From the human T2T-CHM13v2.0 reference genome, Homo sapiens, in assembly GCF_009914755.1 (NCBI RefSeq), contig NC_060934.1: a stretch of 64,000 nucleotides of DNA. One strand, 5' to 3'. A program made the translations under genes and the position numbers. Shown here one piece after another: positions 36,590 to 52,810 of this stretch. Each line of letters begins with the position of its first letter. Position 1 is the first letter of the stretch. The notes beneath the pieces were generated by a model. It searched no databases, was not told the origin of the DNA, and worked only from the letters and a program-made list of their open reading frames with translations.

Positions 36590-36810
36590 TATATCCACTT
36601 CTTATCCTTCTCACTTTTTTTTTCTTTTTAGCACTTGTCACTCTATAACTTACAGTAAATTTTACCTATTTATGTTATTATCTCTCTTCCCCAGTAGAAT
36701 GTAAGCTCCATGAGGACAGAAATTTGTATCTGTTTGGTTTGTTACAGCCCGGTGATACAGGGCTTGGAACATGGCAGACATTCAATAGATATTTGTTGGA
36801 TAAATGAATA
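36590..36810 (+). mobile_element. L2 3' end (continuation of 28405-28901), beginning with the proximal TSD
   Basis: tagcacttgtcact...tagaatgtaagctccatgaggacag...caatagatatttgttggataaatgaat is an L2 terminus. Confidence 0.8.
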
Positions 36811-36984
36811 TAAAGATGGTAACTTTAGCTGTGTGTAAAAAATGGTCAGACCTTAAGTGGAGAAGTACTACGGGGAACTGTGAATGCTAGTATGAGAGAT
36901 CCAGAGACACATGCTTGGGACACATTAACATAGTTGGAACAGTCGTAGTTGAAATCATAAGAATGAGTTCCTTGAGAGGATGAA

Positions 36985-37392
36985 TGTTGCAGGATGGGTT
37001 TTTCAAGAGCAAATCCTGAGTAAGAGTCTGGGTGTTTATTAAGGATCGACAACTTTGAAAGGAAGCAGACTGGTTAGAGAAAGAAGTCAAATTGCAATGC
37101 AGGCTGGAAATACCTCAGCCAAACTGGTAGAAAACTGTGAAGTAAATGCTGCCTGTCAGAGTTGTCCTGAAATAGACCCAAATAGTTGGACCTTTATAGC
37201 CCCATCTCATTCAGTCACTGATGTGGGCTGTCTTGAGTAGGGCTGACCTTGGATGAGGCTACTCTCTGCAGATAAGGCAGATCCTAAAGGAGATGACAGC
37301 CGGAAGCTGTCTATTGACCTCATTTCTTATAGCTGGATGGCAAGTACTTTTTTTAAGGGAAATATGAGCAGTATATCTCCATATCTACCACA
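36985..37392 (-). mobile_element. ERVL solo LTR (LTR16/LTR33-like)
   Basis: TG...CA ends, antisense AATAAA (gtttatt) and ERVL-like body. Subfamily uncertain. Confidence 0.55.
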
Positions 37393-37416
37393 AATGGGGA
37401 AAAGAAGGCTAATGGC

Positions 37417-37608
37417 TAGAGTTGCCAGATTTAGCAAGTATAAATATAAGACACCCATTCAAATTTAAATTTCAGATAAATAGCAAAGTGAGTTATTAAT
37501 ATAAATATTCCCACGTAATAGTTGAATCACAATTATGCTAACAAATTATTTGTTGTTTATTTAAAATTCAAATTTAACTGAGTGTCCTGTGTTTATTTGT
37601 CAGCTCTA
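37417..37608. mobile_element. MER53 palindromic hAT MITE with 8-bp TSD
   Basis: tagagttgccagatttagc...aaatttaaatttcagataaa / tttatttaaaattcaaattt...cagctcta; TSD ctaatggc and ctaaaggc. Confidence 0.85.
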
Positions 37609-37767
37609 CTAAAGGCTGAGTCAGGATAGAGTCTCAGTGGTCAGGAGAGAAGTAAGTGGAATTGTCAATAAGAGATGAGAGAAAGTCAGAGAATGATCCA
37701 TGAACCAAGATAAAGTAATAGCATTGAGATACAAAGAAGGAGGTGGCTTTCAAAATAATGAAGTGAC

Positions 37768-38422
37768 TGACAGAATTTCCTATTTTTAGAAGACTGAATA
37801 ATATTCCATTGTGTATATGTGCCACATTTTATTTATTCATTCCTTGATAGACAAATAAGTTGATTCCATACCTTGGCTATTGTAAATAATGCTGCAAGGA
37901 ATACAGGAATGCAGATATCTCTTCAATATGCCAATTTCAATTCCTTTGGATATAAACTCAGAAGGTGGAACTGGAGGGCATTATGCTAAGTGAAATAAGC
38001 CAGGCACAAAGAGACAAATACTGTATGATCTCACTTATATGTGGAATCTAAAAAAGTCGATCTCATAGAAACAAATTAGAAAGGAGGTTACCAGAGGCTG
38101 GGAGGGAGAAGGAGGGATGAGGAAAGGGAATATGTTGATCAAAGGGTACAAACTCTCAGAGCAGAGGATTAAGTTTTGGTGATCCATTGTACTGCATGCT
38201 GACCACAATTGATAACAATGTGTATTTCAAAATCGCTAAAAGAATAGATTAATGTTCTCACCACAAAAAAATCATAAGTTGATGAGGTGATGGATATGTT
38301 AGCTTGACTGAATATTTCTACAATGTGTACACAGATCAAAATATCACATTGTACTGGAGTGTGGTCAGTATGTATGTATATTTATCATACATAATTATAA
38401 TTTGTCAATTAAAATAAAAAGA
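37768..38422 (+). mobile_element. 5'-inverted (twin-primed) L1MA insertion
   Basis: About 37768-37964 is antisense ORF2 end and about 37965-38422 is sense 3' UTR; approximate TSD aaaataatg..tga. Confidence 0.75.
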
Positions 38423-41067
38423 AAAATAATGTGATATAAAATTGAATTTTGAAAAATGAAAAAGATGTGTAAAAGATGATGACTGAGTATTACTGCAGTG
38501 ACTAAAAGATTAGAGATAAGAAAAAGCTTCAAAAAACAGTGGCCTTCAGTGTCAAATGACACAGAGACAGGCAAAACAGCCAAAATATTTGCAGGGGTGA
38601 TGAGGTATGTCAAAGCAGATGTGATAGGGCATGCTTTGCCACAAGATGGCACTCATAGTTCCTTCTTTTTCTGAGTTTCTATCAATAAATATTCTGCAAA
38701 TTTTTTATTGTTATAGAACAAAGAGACTATCTTATGTTTCACAACTTATAGCATTGTGTTTCATGTTATATCATTTTCCCACAACTTATCATTGTTTTTC
38801 CTTTTAGAACATGAAGATATAATGAATGCTGGAATTGACTGAGGGGGAGGGAGACTGGCATTAGAACTTGGAGGAGGGAGCAAATGCAATGCTATTGTAG
38901 ATACAAAGTACAAAGCCTTAACAAAAGGCTGTTAGATTTAACAATCAGATGATGACTGATGAGTTTCAAGAAAATGAAGAATAGTGATGGAAGTGGTAGC
39001 CAGACTGCCTAATGTTGAGGAATGGGAATGCGCTGAGAAAGTAGAAGCAGTGAGTACAGACTATATGTTTAGCACATCTGCTATAAAAGAAAAAGAAGGA
39101 AAAATAGGTGGACTTTTTCCTTATAAGGAACTATTTTCCAAATAAGGGTTTGTTTACCTTATATGTAAGTTTCAAATATTTGACCAAAATACCTCTTAAA
39201 CGGCAATTGCCTCACATAAAAATATCTCTATAAAACAAACGCAGTTGTGTTGCAGAGACACTTCTACTTAACTGAACAACTCCTTTAGTCCCTCTATATT
39301 ATAGCACTTATTTCTTTTCAAAATAATTTCATACCTTTTTCTTATATTGTCTACTGAGTGAATGTTTGAATAAAGGTCTATAGAGAACATAAGATTTGCC
39401 TGACATACCACAGCTAGAGAGAAACAGAGCCATGAGTCAAAGTTTTCTGATGTATAATTCCATACTCATTTTATTGAATTCCTTTTTCTGTTACTTGATT
39501 TCTAGTTCAAGTTTTCCACTTATTATCAACGTTATTTTTCAACATGTATAAAGTGACAATGGCTATATGAAATTACCCCGTTCTCAATAGTTTCCATGCT
39601 GTCTCAGATATGTAACAGTTAAAAGTTACCTGTCTCCCGAACAGCATGGGAAAATATGCGCATTATTATCTCTGCTTTGTGTAAAACTGAGTATAATATT
39701 GAGCTAAACCAAAAATAATTTATAAATCACCACACTGTTGCACAGGTAAAATCCTGTGCTTATTGTTTCAGGTGGATAGGTACTTCTACTAGAATACAAA
39801 CAGTCTCACCACACAATCAAAAGGTTTTTTTTTTCAGCCAATAAATCTAATCTGTACACACTCATTTTTCTTTTATTTTTATCATCAAGGTGAAAATCAG
39901 TTTCTGTATTTGTGTAAATCTAAGTAAAATCTAATCCTTTGGACATAAGAAAGAGTGAAAGGAAGACAACTTTAGCTTTGTTCTTCTCATTCAATTTCCT
40001 CACCCCAAATATAGAGAAAAAGGTGGAGGGGCTTCTATAACTAGTTCACCGGTAACTCCACATAAGTCAAACAAAAGAACACTTCAAACCTGCTTTGTGG
40101 CTAGACCTCCATGGGGAACAGCCTTCTTACTGAATTGGAAAGAATAAAGGGTATTTTTGAACTTACAGTGCCTGAAAACATCATGTCTGCAAAGTGTGGT
40201 TGGCATTTTTGTACATTTAAAAGAGTCTAATGAAGCCCAGCTCCATACAAATTCCTACAAAAAAAAAAAAAAACACGAAGAATGGAAAATGGTTCCTGCC
40301 ACCCAGGGGTCAGAGTGGTGGTTGTTTCTCCAACCAATTGTACAAAGGAGACCTGTCATTTATATAGTTCCGAAGTCTTGCATTAGCAAGTACACCACGA
40401 AGACTGGCCCTTACCCAAATAATTTACTCAGAGAGACATTTAATATGGGGTAAATACAGCCTCAGAGAGAACAGCTTTGAAGGATGTCTTTGAAAAGGTC
40501 AGAAGAAGATGAAATGAGGAACGTTGTTACTTAGGGCCTTTATTAAACAAATGCTTGCCTTAGCTCATCTCCAGCATGTCTTAAATAATGACATACCCAC
40601 TTCACAGACAAAAAACAAATTGGAATGTGAAATTTTTCATTAGTATAGGCCCTCAGGCCAATGGGTTGTTCTAAAAGTATGTGAATGGCCTCTTTCCACC
40701 AGCCTGGAGACTGCTTCTACCTCAGGGATGTATCTATTGCTCTGTTAAACAGTCAAGTTTGTATTTCAGATGTTCTCCCTTAACTGTAATACAAGTTAAA
40801 TTTGAAAACTCTGTTCTCCCTAAGCCTTATGCATGTCCTATCCCTTCAGGTTCTTGGCTTTAGGTAGCTATAACCAGTTACTGCTACTGTTACAACAGAC
40901 AGCACTTTAGGTGTTAACTTTTTTGGGGTCATAGGCACTTTGCTATCATAAAATCAACTGGCTATTGAATTAAATAAATTTTTTGGTTATCCATAACATC
41001 ACTTCCAACAACTGATTTCTTTGCTGCTGCTATTCATCTCTAGTTCTTTGTACATATAAATGTATCC

Positions 41068-41600
41068 ATCCATTCAACGAATATTACTGAGCACCTGCTA
41101 TTGTTCTAGACAAAGGGATTATGGAAGTCATCAGAACAGACAAGGTCTGGCTATATGGACCTACATTCCAGATAGGTAGGAACAGAAGAGTGTGGGATGA
41201 GGGAAGTAACAGGCAATACTTAAACAACATACATTAAGATAGTGATAAGTCACATGAAGATAAGAAAACAGGTTAATGTAATTGATAATGTATGGAGAAC
41301 TACTTTTGTCTGAATAATAAAAAACTGCTGCTGTGAGATGAGGTGTTAAAGTGTCACTTTTGAGTTAGGGCCCAATGATGACAAGAAGCCAGCATGTACA
41401 GGTCTGGGAGGAGAATGCTGTAAGCAGAGAAAACAGCAAGTACAAAGGTTTGAAAATAGAACAAGCTTGGAATCTTTGAGGAGCAAAAAGAAAGCCAAGG
41501 TTGTTGAATACTAATAAAAGGAAGTGGCAGGTAGGATATGAGTTCTGAGAAATCCAAGAGGCAAGTTGGAGCTGCTAGATCATGAAGGAGTTATACATGA
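41068..41600 (-). mobile_element. L2 3' fragment
   Basis: cattcaacgaatattactgagcacctgcta...cagacaaggtc...gaaaacagcaagtacaaagg. Confidence 0.7.
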
Positions 41601-41619
41601 GGGATCTCAAAAACTGTAA

Positions 41620-42395
41620 AGTTTTTTCTAACTCCTAAATATTTTAGTGTATTTTTCCTGGGATCAAGGACAGTTATGAAAGTACAGTTACCAAAATGAG
41701 GAAATTTTCATTGTTATAACCATAGTACAGTTATTGAAATCGGAAAATAATATGAATATATTTTATCTAATTTATAAACCTTTCTTAAACTTCGCTAATG
41801 GCCCCCAAAATGTCCTTTATAGAAAAGTTATTGAGAGCCCAGCATTATACATTGCATTAATTTTTTTTTTTTTTTGAGACAGAGTCTCACTCTGTCACCG
41901 AGGCTAGAATGCAGTGGTGAGATCTGAGCTCTCCACTGCAACCTCTGCCTCCCAGGTTCAAGAGATTCTCATGCCGCAGCCTCCTGAGTAGCTGGGATTA
42001 CAGGTGCGAACCACCATGCCCAGCTATTATTTTGTATTTTTAGTAGAGATGGAGTTTCACTATGTTGGCTAGGCTGGTCTTGAATTCCTGGCCTCAAGTG
42101 ACCCACCTGCCTTGGCCTCCCGAAGTGTTGGGCTTACAGGCATGAGCCACTGCACCTGGCTGCATTGCATTTAATGTTCATGCCTCTTTAGTTCCTAATA
42201 TTTTCTTGTCTTTCATGAACTTGAAATTTTTTTAAAGAACTTGCCATTTATTTTGCAGTATGTCCTTCAATTTAGGTTTGTTTGATGTTTCTTTGAGATT
42301 AGATTCAGGTGACACACGTTATAAAAAAGTTATCCTTTTCAATATAGCATATCAGGAGAGGTACAGAGTGTCACCTTGTTCCATTACTAATATGC
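41620..42395 (-). mobile_element. L1MC-type 3' UTR, antisense, hosting an Alu
   Basis: ctcctaaatattttagtgtatttttcct...aatgtcctttatag...gattagattcagg. Confidence 0.6.
41861..42161 (-). mobile_element. Alu (AluS/J), the only minus-strand Alu in the window
   Basis: T-tail at 41861, full dimer, approximate TSD cattgcatt. Confidence 0.92.
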
Positions 42396-42579
42396 TGGGA
42401 AGGTGAGATTTAAAAATTGTATGCTTTGCTAGGAGGAGATCAATGTATGTTTATGCTTTAAACGATTGCAAAAATATAATGTTAATTGTAAAACTAGAAA
42501 TATAATTAGGCAAATGCCTGTGAATTAAAAGCAAATGCAAGAAGGCTTTCTTTCCTTGTTCAAAACTGTAACCATAGCC

Positions 42580-42730
42580 AAGGGAGGGGAGGGGAGGGGA
42601 GGGAAAGGGAGGGGAGGGAGGAAGGAGAGAGAGAGAGAAGGAAGGAAGGAAGGAAGGAAGGAAGGAAGGAAGGAAGGAAGGAAGGAAGGAAGGAAAGAAG
42701 GAAGGAAGGAAAGAAGGAAAGAAGGAAAGG
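42580..42730 (+). repeat. Purine tract containing (GGAA)14 at 42640-42695
   Basis: Counted directly. Confidence 0.93.
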
Positions 42731-45190
42731 GCAAGATGGAAGAATAGAAGCCTATAGCATGTGTCTCCCTGTCCCCCATCCCAAGAATATCAAATATTAA
42801 CAACTGTTTGCACACAGAAAATCACTGTCACAAGAACCAAAAATCAGGTGAATAATCACACTACCTGGTTTTAACTTCATATAACTGAAAAGAGGCATTG
42901 AAGAGGGTAGGAGAGACAGTCTTGAGTCACCAACACCAACCCTCCCACATCCCCTGGCAGCAGCCTTACGGCACGGAAAGTCTGTGCACTTGGGGGAGAG
43001 ACAGCACAGCAGATGGGGGACTTTACATTGAACTCAGTGCTGCCTTGTCACAGAGAGCAAAGCTGTGCTGCACTCAGCCAGTGCCTGTGCATGGAGGGAG
43101 CATTTGGACCAGACTAGCCAGAGGGAAATCACCTATCCTAGCAGTCAGAGCTTGAGTTTCTTAGAAAGTCTCACCGCCACAGGTCAAAGTGCTCTGGGGT
43201 TCCAGGTAAACCTGAAAGCAGTCTAGGCCACAGGGACTGCAATTCCTAGGCAACTCCTAGAGCTAGGCTGGGCTCAGAGCCAGTAGACTCAGGTGACATG
43301 TTACCTAGGAAGATACCAGCCAGGGTGGCTAAGGGAGTGCTTGTGCCGCCACTCCCCCAGCCTAATCAGTGCAGCTAGTAGCAATGAAAGTGACTCCTTC
43401 CTTCTACTTATACAGAGGAGAGCTAAGAGTAAAGAGGACTTTGTCTGTATCTTGGATACCAGCTCAGTCACAGTAGGAGAGAGCACTGCACAGAATGGTG
43501 CGGCCCTCATTCTAGGCCCTAGCTCACTGACATTTCTAGACACACCCCAATCCAAAATGGAACCAGCTGCCTTGATGAGAAGGTCCTAGTCCTGGCAGGA
43601 TTCATTGCTGCTGACTGAAGAGCCCTTGGGTCCTGAATAACCACCAATGATACCCAAGTAGTATGCCATTGGCTTTGGGCTCTGAGATGTGCTCACTTTA
43701 GGGTGTGACCCAAGACATTCTCAGTTGTGGTGGCTACAGTGAAAGACTCCTTGTGTTTGAGAAAGAGGGAAAAGTAAAGAGGACTTTGTCTTGCACCTTG
43801 CCTTAGGTATCAGCTCAGCCACAGTGAGGTAAAGCGACAAGCAGTTTCTGGGGGTCCCTGAGTCCAGGCCTAGGCTCTTGGACAGCATTTCTGGACTTTC
43901 CCTGGGTCAGAGAGGAGCTCACTTCCCTGAAGAGTTAGTCCCAGGCCTGGCAGCATTCACCACAAGCAAACAAAGAGCCCTTGGGCTTTAAGTGAACATC
44001 AGCAGTGGCCTGGCAGAACCTCCCATGGGCTGCTGATGGTGGTGGCCACACAGAAAGGCTCCTCTGCCTGTGAAAAGCGGAGAGAAGAGTGGGAAGGACT
44101 TTGTATTGTGGTGTGAGTGCCAGCTTAACCACAGTAAAATGGAACATCAGGTAAATTTCTAAAGTTTTTGACTCCAATCCCCGGCTCCAAGATACATCTC
44201 TGAACCTGCCTGGGGTCTGGAGGAACTTGCTGCCTTGAGGGAAGAACACAAAGCTGGTTAGCTTCACCACTGGTTGATCATAGAGACATTGAGCTTTGAG
44301 TGAACACAGATGGCAGCCTGGTAAGTGGTTACAACAGGCCTTGGGCAAGACCCAGTGCTGGGATAGCATCAGATCTAAGCCAGTGCAGTCCCAGTGGTAG
44401 TGACCACAGGGGTGCTTGCATCACTACATCCCAGTTCCAGCACCTCAGTACAGACAGAGAGAGACTACATTTGTTTGGGAGAAAGTAAGGAAAAAGAACA
44501 AGAGTCTCTGCTTGGTAATCCAGATAACTCTTCAAAATCTTATCCAAGACCACCAAGGTGGTAGCTCTACGAGTCTGCAAAAACCACAGTGTTAGGCTTG
44601 GAGCCCAAGTCCCTTTGAATACCTGGAAAGCATTCTCAAGAAGGACAGGCGCAAATAAGCCCAGACTGTGAAGACTATAATAAATACCCAATTATTTAAT
44701 GCCCAGACACTGAAGAACATCTACGAGCATCAACACCATCCAGGAAAATCTTACTTCACCAAATGAACTAAATGAGGCACCAGAGATCAATCCTGGAGAA
44801 ACAGATATATGACCTTCCAGACAGAGTATTCAAAACAGCTGTTTTAAGCAAACTCGAAAGAAATTCAAGGTAACACAGAGAAAGAATTCAGAATTTTATC
44901 AGATAAATTTAACAAAGAGCTCGAAATAATGAAAAAGAAGCAGAAATTCTATAGTTGAAAAAGGCAATTGATATGCTGAAAACTGTATCAGTCTCTTAAT
45001 AGCAAAATTGATCAAGAAAGAATTAGTAAACTTGAAGACATGCTATTTGAAAACATACAGTCAGAGGATACAAAAGAAAGAAAAGAATAAAGCAGAATGA
45101 AGCATGCCTACAGGATCTACGAAATAACCTCAAAAGGGTAATCTAAGAGATATTGGCCTTAAAGAGGATGCAGATAAAGAGATGAGGGTA

Positions 45191-45535
<345 letters not shown>

Positions 45536-47714
45536 TCAAAGGGATGATATCAAGAATTTCTCAAACCTGGAGAAGATACCAACATTCAAGTACAAGAAGG
45601 TTATTGAACACCAAGCAGGTTTATCTCAAAGAAGACTAACTCAAGGTATTCAATAATCAAGCTCCCAAAGGTCAAGAATAAGGAAAGGACCCTAAAAGCA
45701 GCAAGAGAAAAGGATGGAATAACATACAATGGAGCTGCAATAGGTCTGGCAGCAGATTTTTCAGTGGAAACCTCACACTCCAGGAGAAGAGGAGCATGAC
45801 ATATTAAAAATGCTAAATAAAAAAAAAAACTTTTACCCTAAAGTGATATATCTGGTAAAATATCCTTCAAGCATGCAGGAGAAATAAAGACCTTCTGAGA
45901 CAAACTAGGGGTGAAGAATTTCATCACCACCACACCTGTCTTACAAGAAATGCTAATGGGAGTTCTTCATTCTGAAAGAAAAAGATGTTAATGAGCAAGA
46001 AGAAATCATTGAAAGGTACAAAACTCAATGGTAACAGTAAGCACACATGAAAACATAGCATATTGTAACACTGTAATTATAGTGTGTAAACTATTCTTAA
46101 GTAGGAAGAAGAAATGATGAATCAATCAGAAACAATAACTACAACAAATTTTCAAGACATAGGCAGTACAGTAAGACATAAAGAGAAACAACAAAAGTTA
46201 AAAATTGAGGGGATGAAGTTAAAGTATAGAGTTTTAATTAGTTTTCTTTTTGTCTGTTTGTTTATATAATCAGTGTTAAGTTGTCATCAGTTTTAAATAA
46301 CGAGTTGTAAGATAATATTTGCAAGCCTCATTGTAACCTCAAATCAAGAAACTTAGAACAAATACACAAAAATATAAAATGAGCTATTAAATTGTATCAC
46401 CAGAGAAAATCACCTTCACTAAAAGAAATACAAGAAGGAAGGAAAGAAGGAAGAGAAGACCATGAAACAACCAGAAAACAAATCTAAAAATGGCAAGAGT
46501 AAGTCTGTACTTATCAGTGATAACATTGAATGGAAAATGGACTAAACTCCGCAATTTCTACTTATCAATGATAACATTGAATGGAAAATGGACTAAACTC
46601 CACAATCAAAAGACATAAAGTGACTGAATGGATGTAAAAATAAGACCAAATTATTTGTTGTCTATAAGAAACACACTTCACCTATAAAGATACACATAGA
46701 CTGAAAATAAAGGGATGGAAAAAGATATTCCATGCCAATGAAAACCAAAAAACAGCAGGAGAGTCATACTTATATCAGACAAAACAGATTTCAAGATAAA
46801 AGCTATAAAAAGAGACAAAGAAGGTCATTATATAATGATAAAGGGGTCAATTCTGCAAGAGGATATAACAATTGTAAATATATATGTACCCAATACTGGA
46901 GTGCCCAGATATGTAAAGCAAATATTATTAGAGCTAAAGAGAGAGATAGGGCCCAATACATAATAGCTGGAGACTTCAACACCCCACTTTCAGCATTGGA
47001 CAGATCTCTCAGATGGAAAATCAAGAAGGAAACATCGGACTTCATCTGCGCTATAGAACAAATGGACCTAATAGTTATTTACAGAACATTCCATCCACTG
47101 GCTGCAGAATATACATAGTTCTGCTCAGCACATGGATCATTCTCAAGGATAGACTATATGTTAGGTCACAAAACAAGTCTTAAAATACTCAAAAAACTGA
47201 AATAATATACAGCATTTTTGACCATAATGGAATAAAACTATAAATTAATAACAAGAGGAATTTTGGACACTATACAAACACATGGAAATTAAACAATATG
47301 CTCCTGCCTGACAAGTAAGTCCATGAAGGAATTAAGAAAATTGCAAAATTTCTTGAAAAAAAAGATAATGAAAACACAACATACCACAACCTATGGGATA
47401 CAGCAGAAGCAATACTAAGAGGAAAATATACAGCTGTAAGTGCCTACATCAAAAAAGAATAAAAACTTCAATTAAAAAAACCTAATGATGCATCTTAAAG
47501 AATTAGAAATGCAAGAGCAAACTGAACTCAAAATTAGTAGAAGAAAAGAAATAATAAAGATCAGAGCAGAAATAAATGAATTTGAAATGAGGAAAACAAC
47601 ACAAAAGTCAATGAAACAAAAAGTTGTTTTTTTGAAAAGATAAACAAAATTGACAAACCTCTAGTTCAACTAACAAAGAAAAAAAAAGGGAGAAGACCCT
47701 AATAAATAAAACCA

Positions 47715-48140
47715 GGTTGGGAGTGCTGGCTCATGCCTGTAATCCCGGCACTTCAGGAGGCTGTGGTGGGCAAATTGCTTGAGCCCAGGAGTTCAAGACC
47801 AGCCTGGGCAAAATGGCGAGACTTCATCTCTACTAAAAATACAAAATACTAGCTAGGCATGGTGGCACATGCCTGTAGTCCCAGCTACTCAGGAGCCTGA
47901 GTTGGGAGGCTCTCTTGATCCCAGAAGGTCAAGGCTGCAGTGAGCTCTGATTGCACCACTGCACTCTACCTGGATGACAGAGTGAGACCCTATCTCAAAA
48001 AAAATATATAAAATATATACATAAATATATATTTATATCTATATAAATATAATATACATAAAATATATTATAATTTTATATAACATATATGATTTTATAT
48101 AAAATGTATATTTATACAATATATAAATATAACATATATA
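47715..48140 (+). mobile_element. AluJ-like element whose tail has expanded into about 135 bp of (TA)n-rich sequence
   Basis: Alu body to about 48004; approximate TSD ataaaa(c/t)cagg reappears only after the TA tract. Confidence 0.88.
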
Positions 48141-49907
48141 ATAAAATAAAATCAGGGATTAAAAAGGAGATATTACAACTGATATTGCAAAAATTCAAAG
48201 GATAATTAGTGGCTATCATGAGGAACTATATGCCAGTAAATTGGAAAATCTAGCAGAAATAGACAAATTCCTAGACACATACAACCTACCAAGATTGAAC
48301 CATGAAGAAATCCAAAATCTGAACAGAAAAATAACAAGTAATGAAATTGAAGTCATAATAAAAAGTCTCACAGTAAAGGAAAGGTCAGGACCTGATAGCT
48401 TCACAGCTGAATTTTACCATACATTTAAAGAACACCTAATACCAATCCTACTCAAACTATTCTGAAAAATAGAGGAGGACGGAATACTTCCAAACTCATT
48501 CTGTGAGGCTAGTGATACCCTGATAGCTAAACCAGACAAAGACACATCAAAAACAGAAAACTACAGGCCAATATCTCTGATGATTATTCATGCAAAAATC
48601 CTCAACAAAATACTAGCAACCTAAATTCAACAATACACTGATGACCAAGTGAGATTTATCCCAGGTATGCAAGGATAATTCAACATATGCAAATCAATCA
48701 ATGTGATACATCATATCAACAAAATGAAGGACAAAAACCATATGATCATTTCAATTAATGCTGAAAAAGCATTTGATTACATTTAACATCCCTTCATGAT
48801 AAAACTGTCAAATAACTAGGTACTGAAGGAACATGCCTCAACACATAAAAGCTAGATACAACAGACCCACGGCTAGTATCATACTGTACAGGGACAAACT
48901 GAAAATCTTTCCTCTAATATATGGAACAAAACAAAAATACCCACTTTTACCACTGTTATTTAACATAGTACTGGAAGTCCTAGCTAGAGAAATCAGACAA
49001 GAAAAAAAAATAAAGGGCATCCAAATTGGAAAGAAAGAAGTCAAATTTCCTTGTTTGCAGATTATATGATCTTACATTTGGAAAAACCTAAAGACCCCAT
49101 CAAAAAACTATCTAAATGAATTCAGTAAGTTGCAGGATACAAAATCAACATGAAAAAATCAGTAGTATTTCTATATGTCAACAGTGAACAATATGAAAAA
49201 GAAATCAAACAAGTAATCCCATGTACATTAGCCACAAATAAAATTGAATACCTAGAAATTTCAAATAAGTGAAATATCTCTACAATAAAAACTATAAAAC
49301 ACTGATGAAAAAAATGGAAAAGGACACAAAAAAATGAAAAGATATTCCATGTTCATGGATTGGAAGAATCAATACTGTTAAAGTGTTCACACTACCCAGA
49401 CCAATCTACAGATTCAATGCAATCCCTATCAAAATACCAATGACATTCTTCCTAGAAATAGAAAAAACAATCCTAAAATTTATATGGAACACAGAAGATC
49501 CAGAATAGCCGAACCTACCCTGGGCAAAAAGAACAAAACTGAAATAATCACATTACCTGACTTCAAATTATACTACAGAGCTTGTAGTAGCCAATATAGC
49601 ACCGTACTGGCTTAAAAACATAGACCAACAGAACAAAATCAAGAACACCAGAAACAAATCCACACATCTATAGTGAACTCATTTTTGACAGTTTCCAAGA
49701 ACATGTTGGAGAAAAGACAGTCACTTCAATAAAGAATGCTAGAAAAATTGGATATGCATATATAGAGGAATAAAACTAGATTCCTATCTCTCACAAAAAT
49801 AAAATCAAAATGGATTAAAGACTTAAATGTTAGACCTCAAACTATAAAACTACCAAGAGAAAACATTGGGAAAACTCTCCAGGACAGTGGACTAGGCAAA
49901 ATTTCTT

Positions 49908-51913
<2,006 letters not shown>

Positions 51914-52810
51914 TCACACCAAGTTAAAACACTTTTGCACAGCAAAGGAATCAGTCAACAAAATGAAGAGATAACCCACAGAATAAGAGAAAATGTTTGC
52001 AAACTCCCCATCTGACAAGGAATTAATAACCAAACTATATAAGGAACCCAAACAACTCTACAGGAAAAAATCTAAAAATTTAATTTTAAAACAAGCAAAA
52101 GACTTAAATAGGCATTTCTGAAAATAAGACATACAAATGGCATACAGGCACATGAAATGGGGCTCAACATCATTGATCATCAGAGAAATGCAAATGAAAA
52201 CTACAATGAGATACCATCTCACCCCATTTAAAATGTCTTTCATCCAAAGACAGGCAATAACAAATGCTGGAGAGGATGTAGACGGTACGGAAATGCTCCT
52301 ATGCTGTTGGTGGAAATGTAAATTAGTACGACTACTATGGAAAAAAGTTTGGAGGTTCCTCAGAAAACTAAAAATAGAGCTACTATAGGATTCAGCAATC
52401 CCATTGCTGGGTATATACCCAAAAGAAAGGAAATCAGTGTATCGAAGAGATACCTGCATTTCCATGTTTGTTGCAGCACTGTTCACAAAAGCCAAGATTT
52501 GCAAGCAACCCAAGTGTCCATAACATATAAATAAATAAATAAAATGTGATACTTATACACAATAGAGTAATATTCAGCCAGAAAAAGAATCAGATCCTGT
52601 CATTTGCAACAACAACATGGATGGATCTGGCAGTCATTATGCTACATGAAATAAGCCAGGCAAGGGAAGACAAACATCGCATGTTCTTACTTACCTGAAG
52701 ATCTAAAAATCAAAACAATTGAACTCATGGAGATAAGAGAGTAGAAGGATGGTTGTCAGAGGCTGGGAAAGGTAGTGGGAAGCTGGGTGCAGAGGAGGTG
52801 GTATGATTAA

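Noticed and set aside
43380-44330. Spaced repeats as a CRISPR-like array
   Set aside because: The units are diverged along their whole length and lie within an L1 5' UTR in mammalian DNA; there are no identical repeats with unique spacers.
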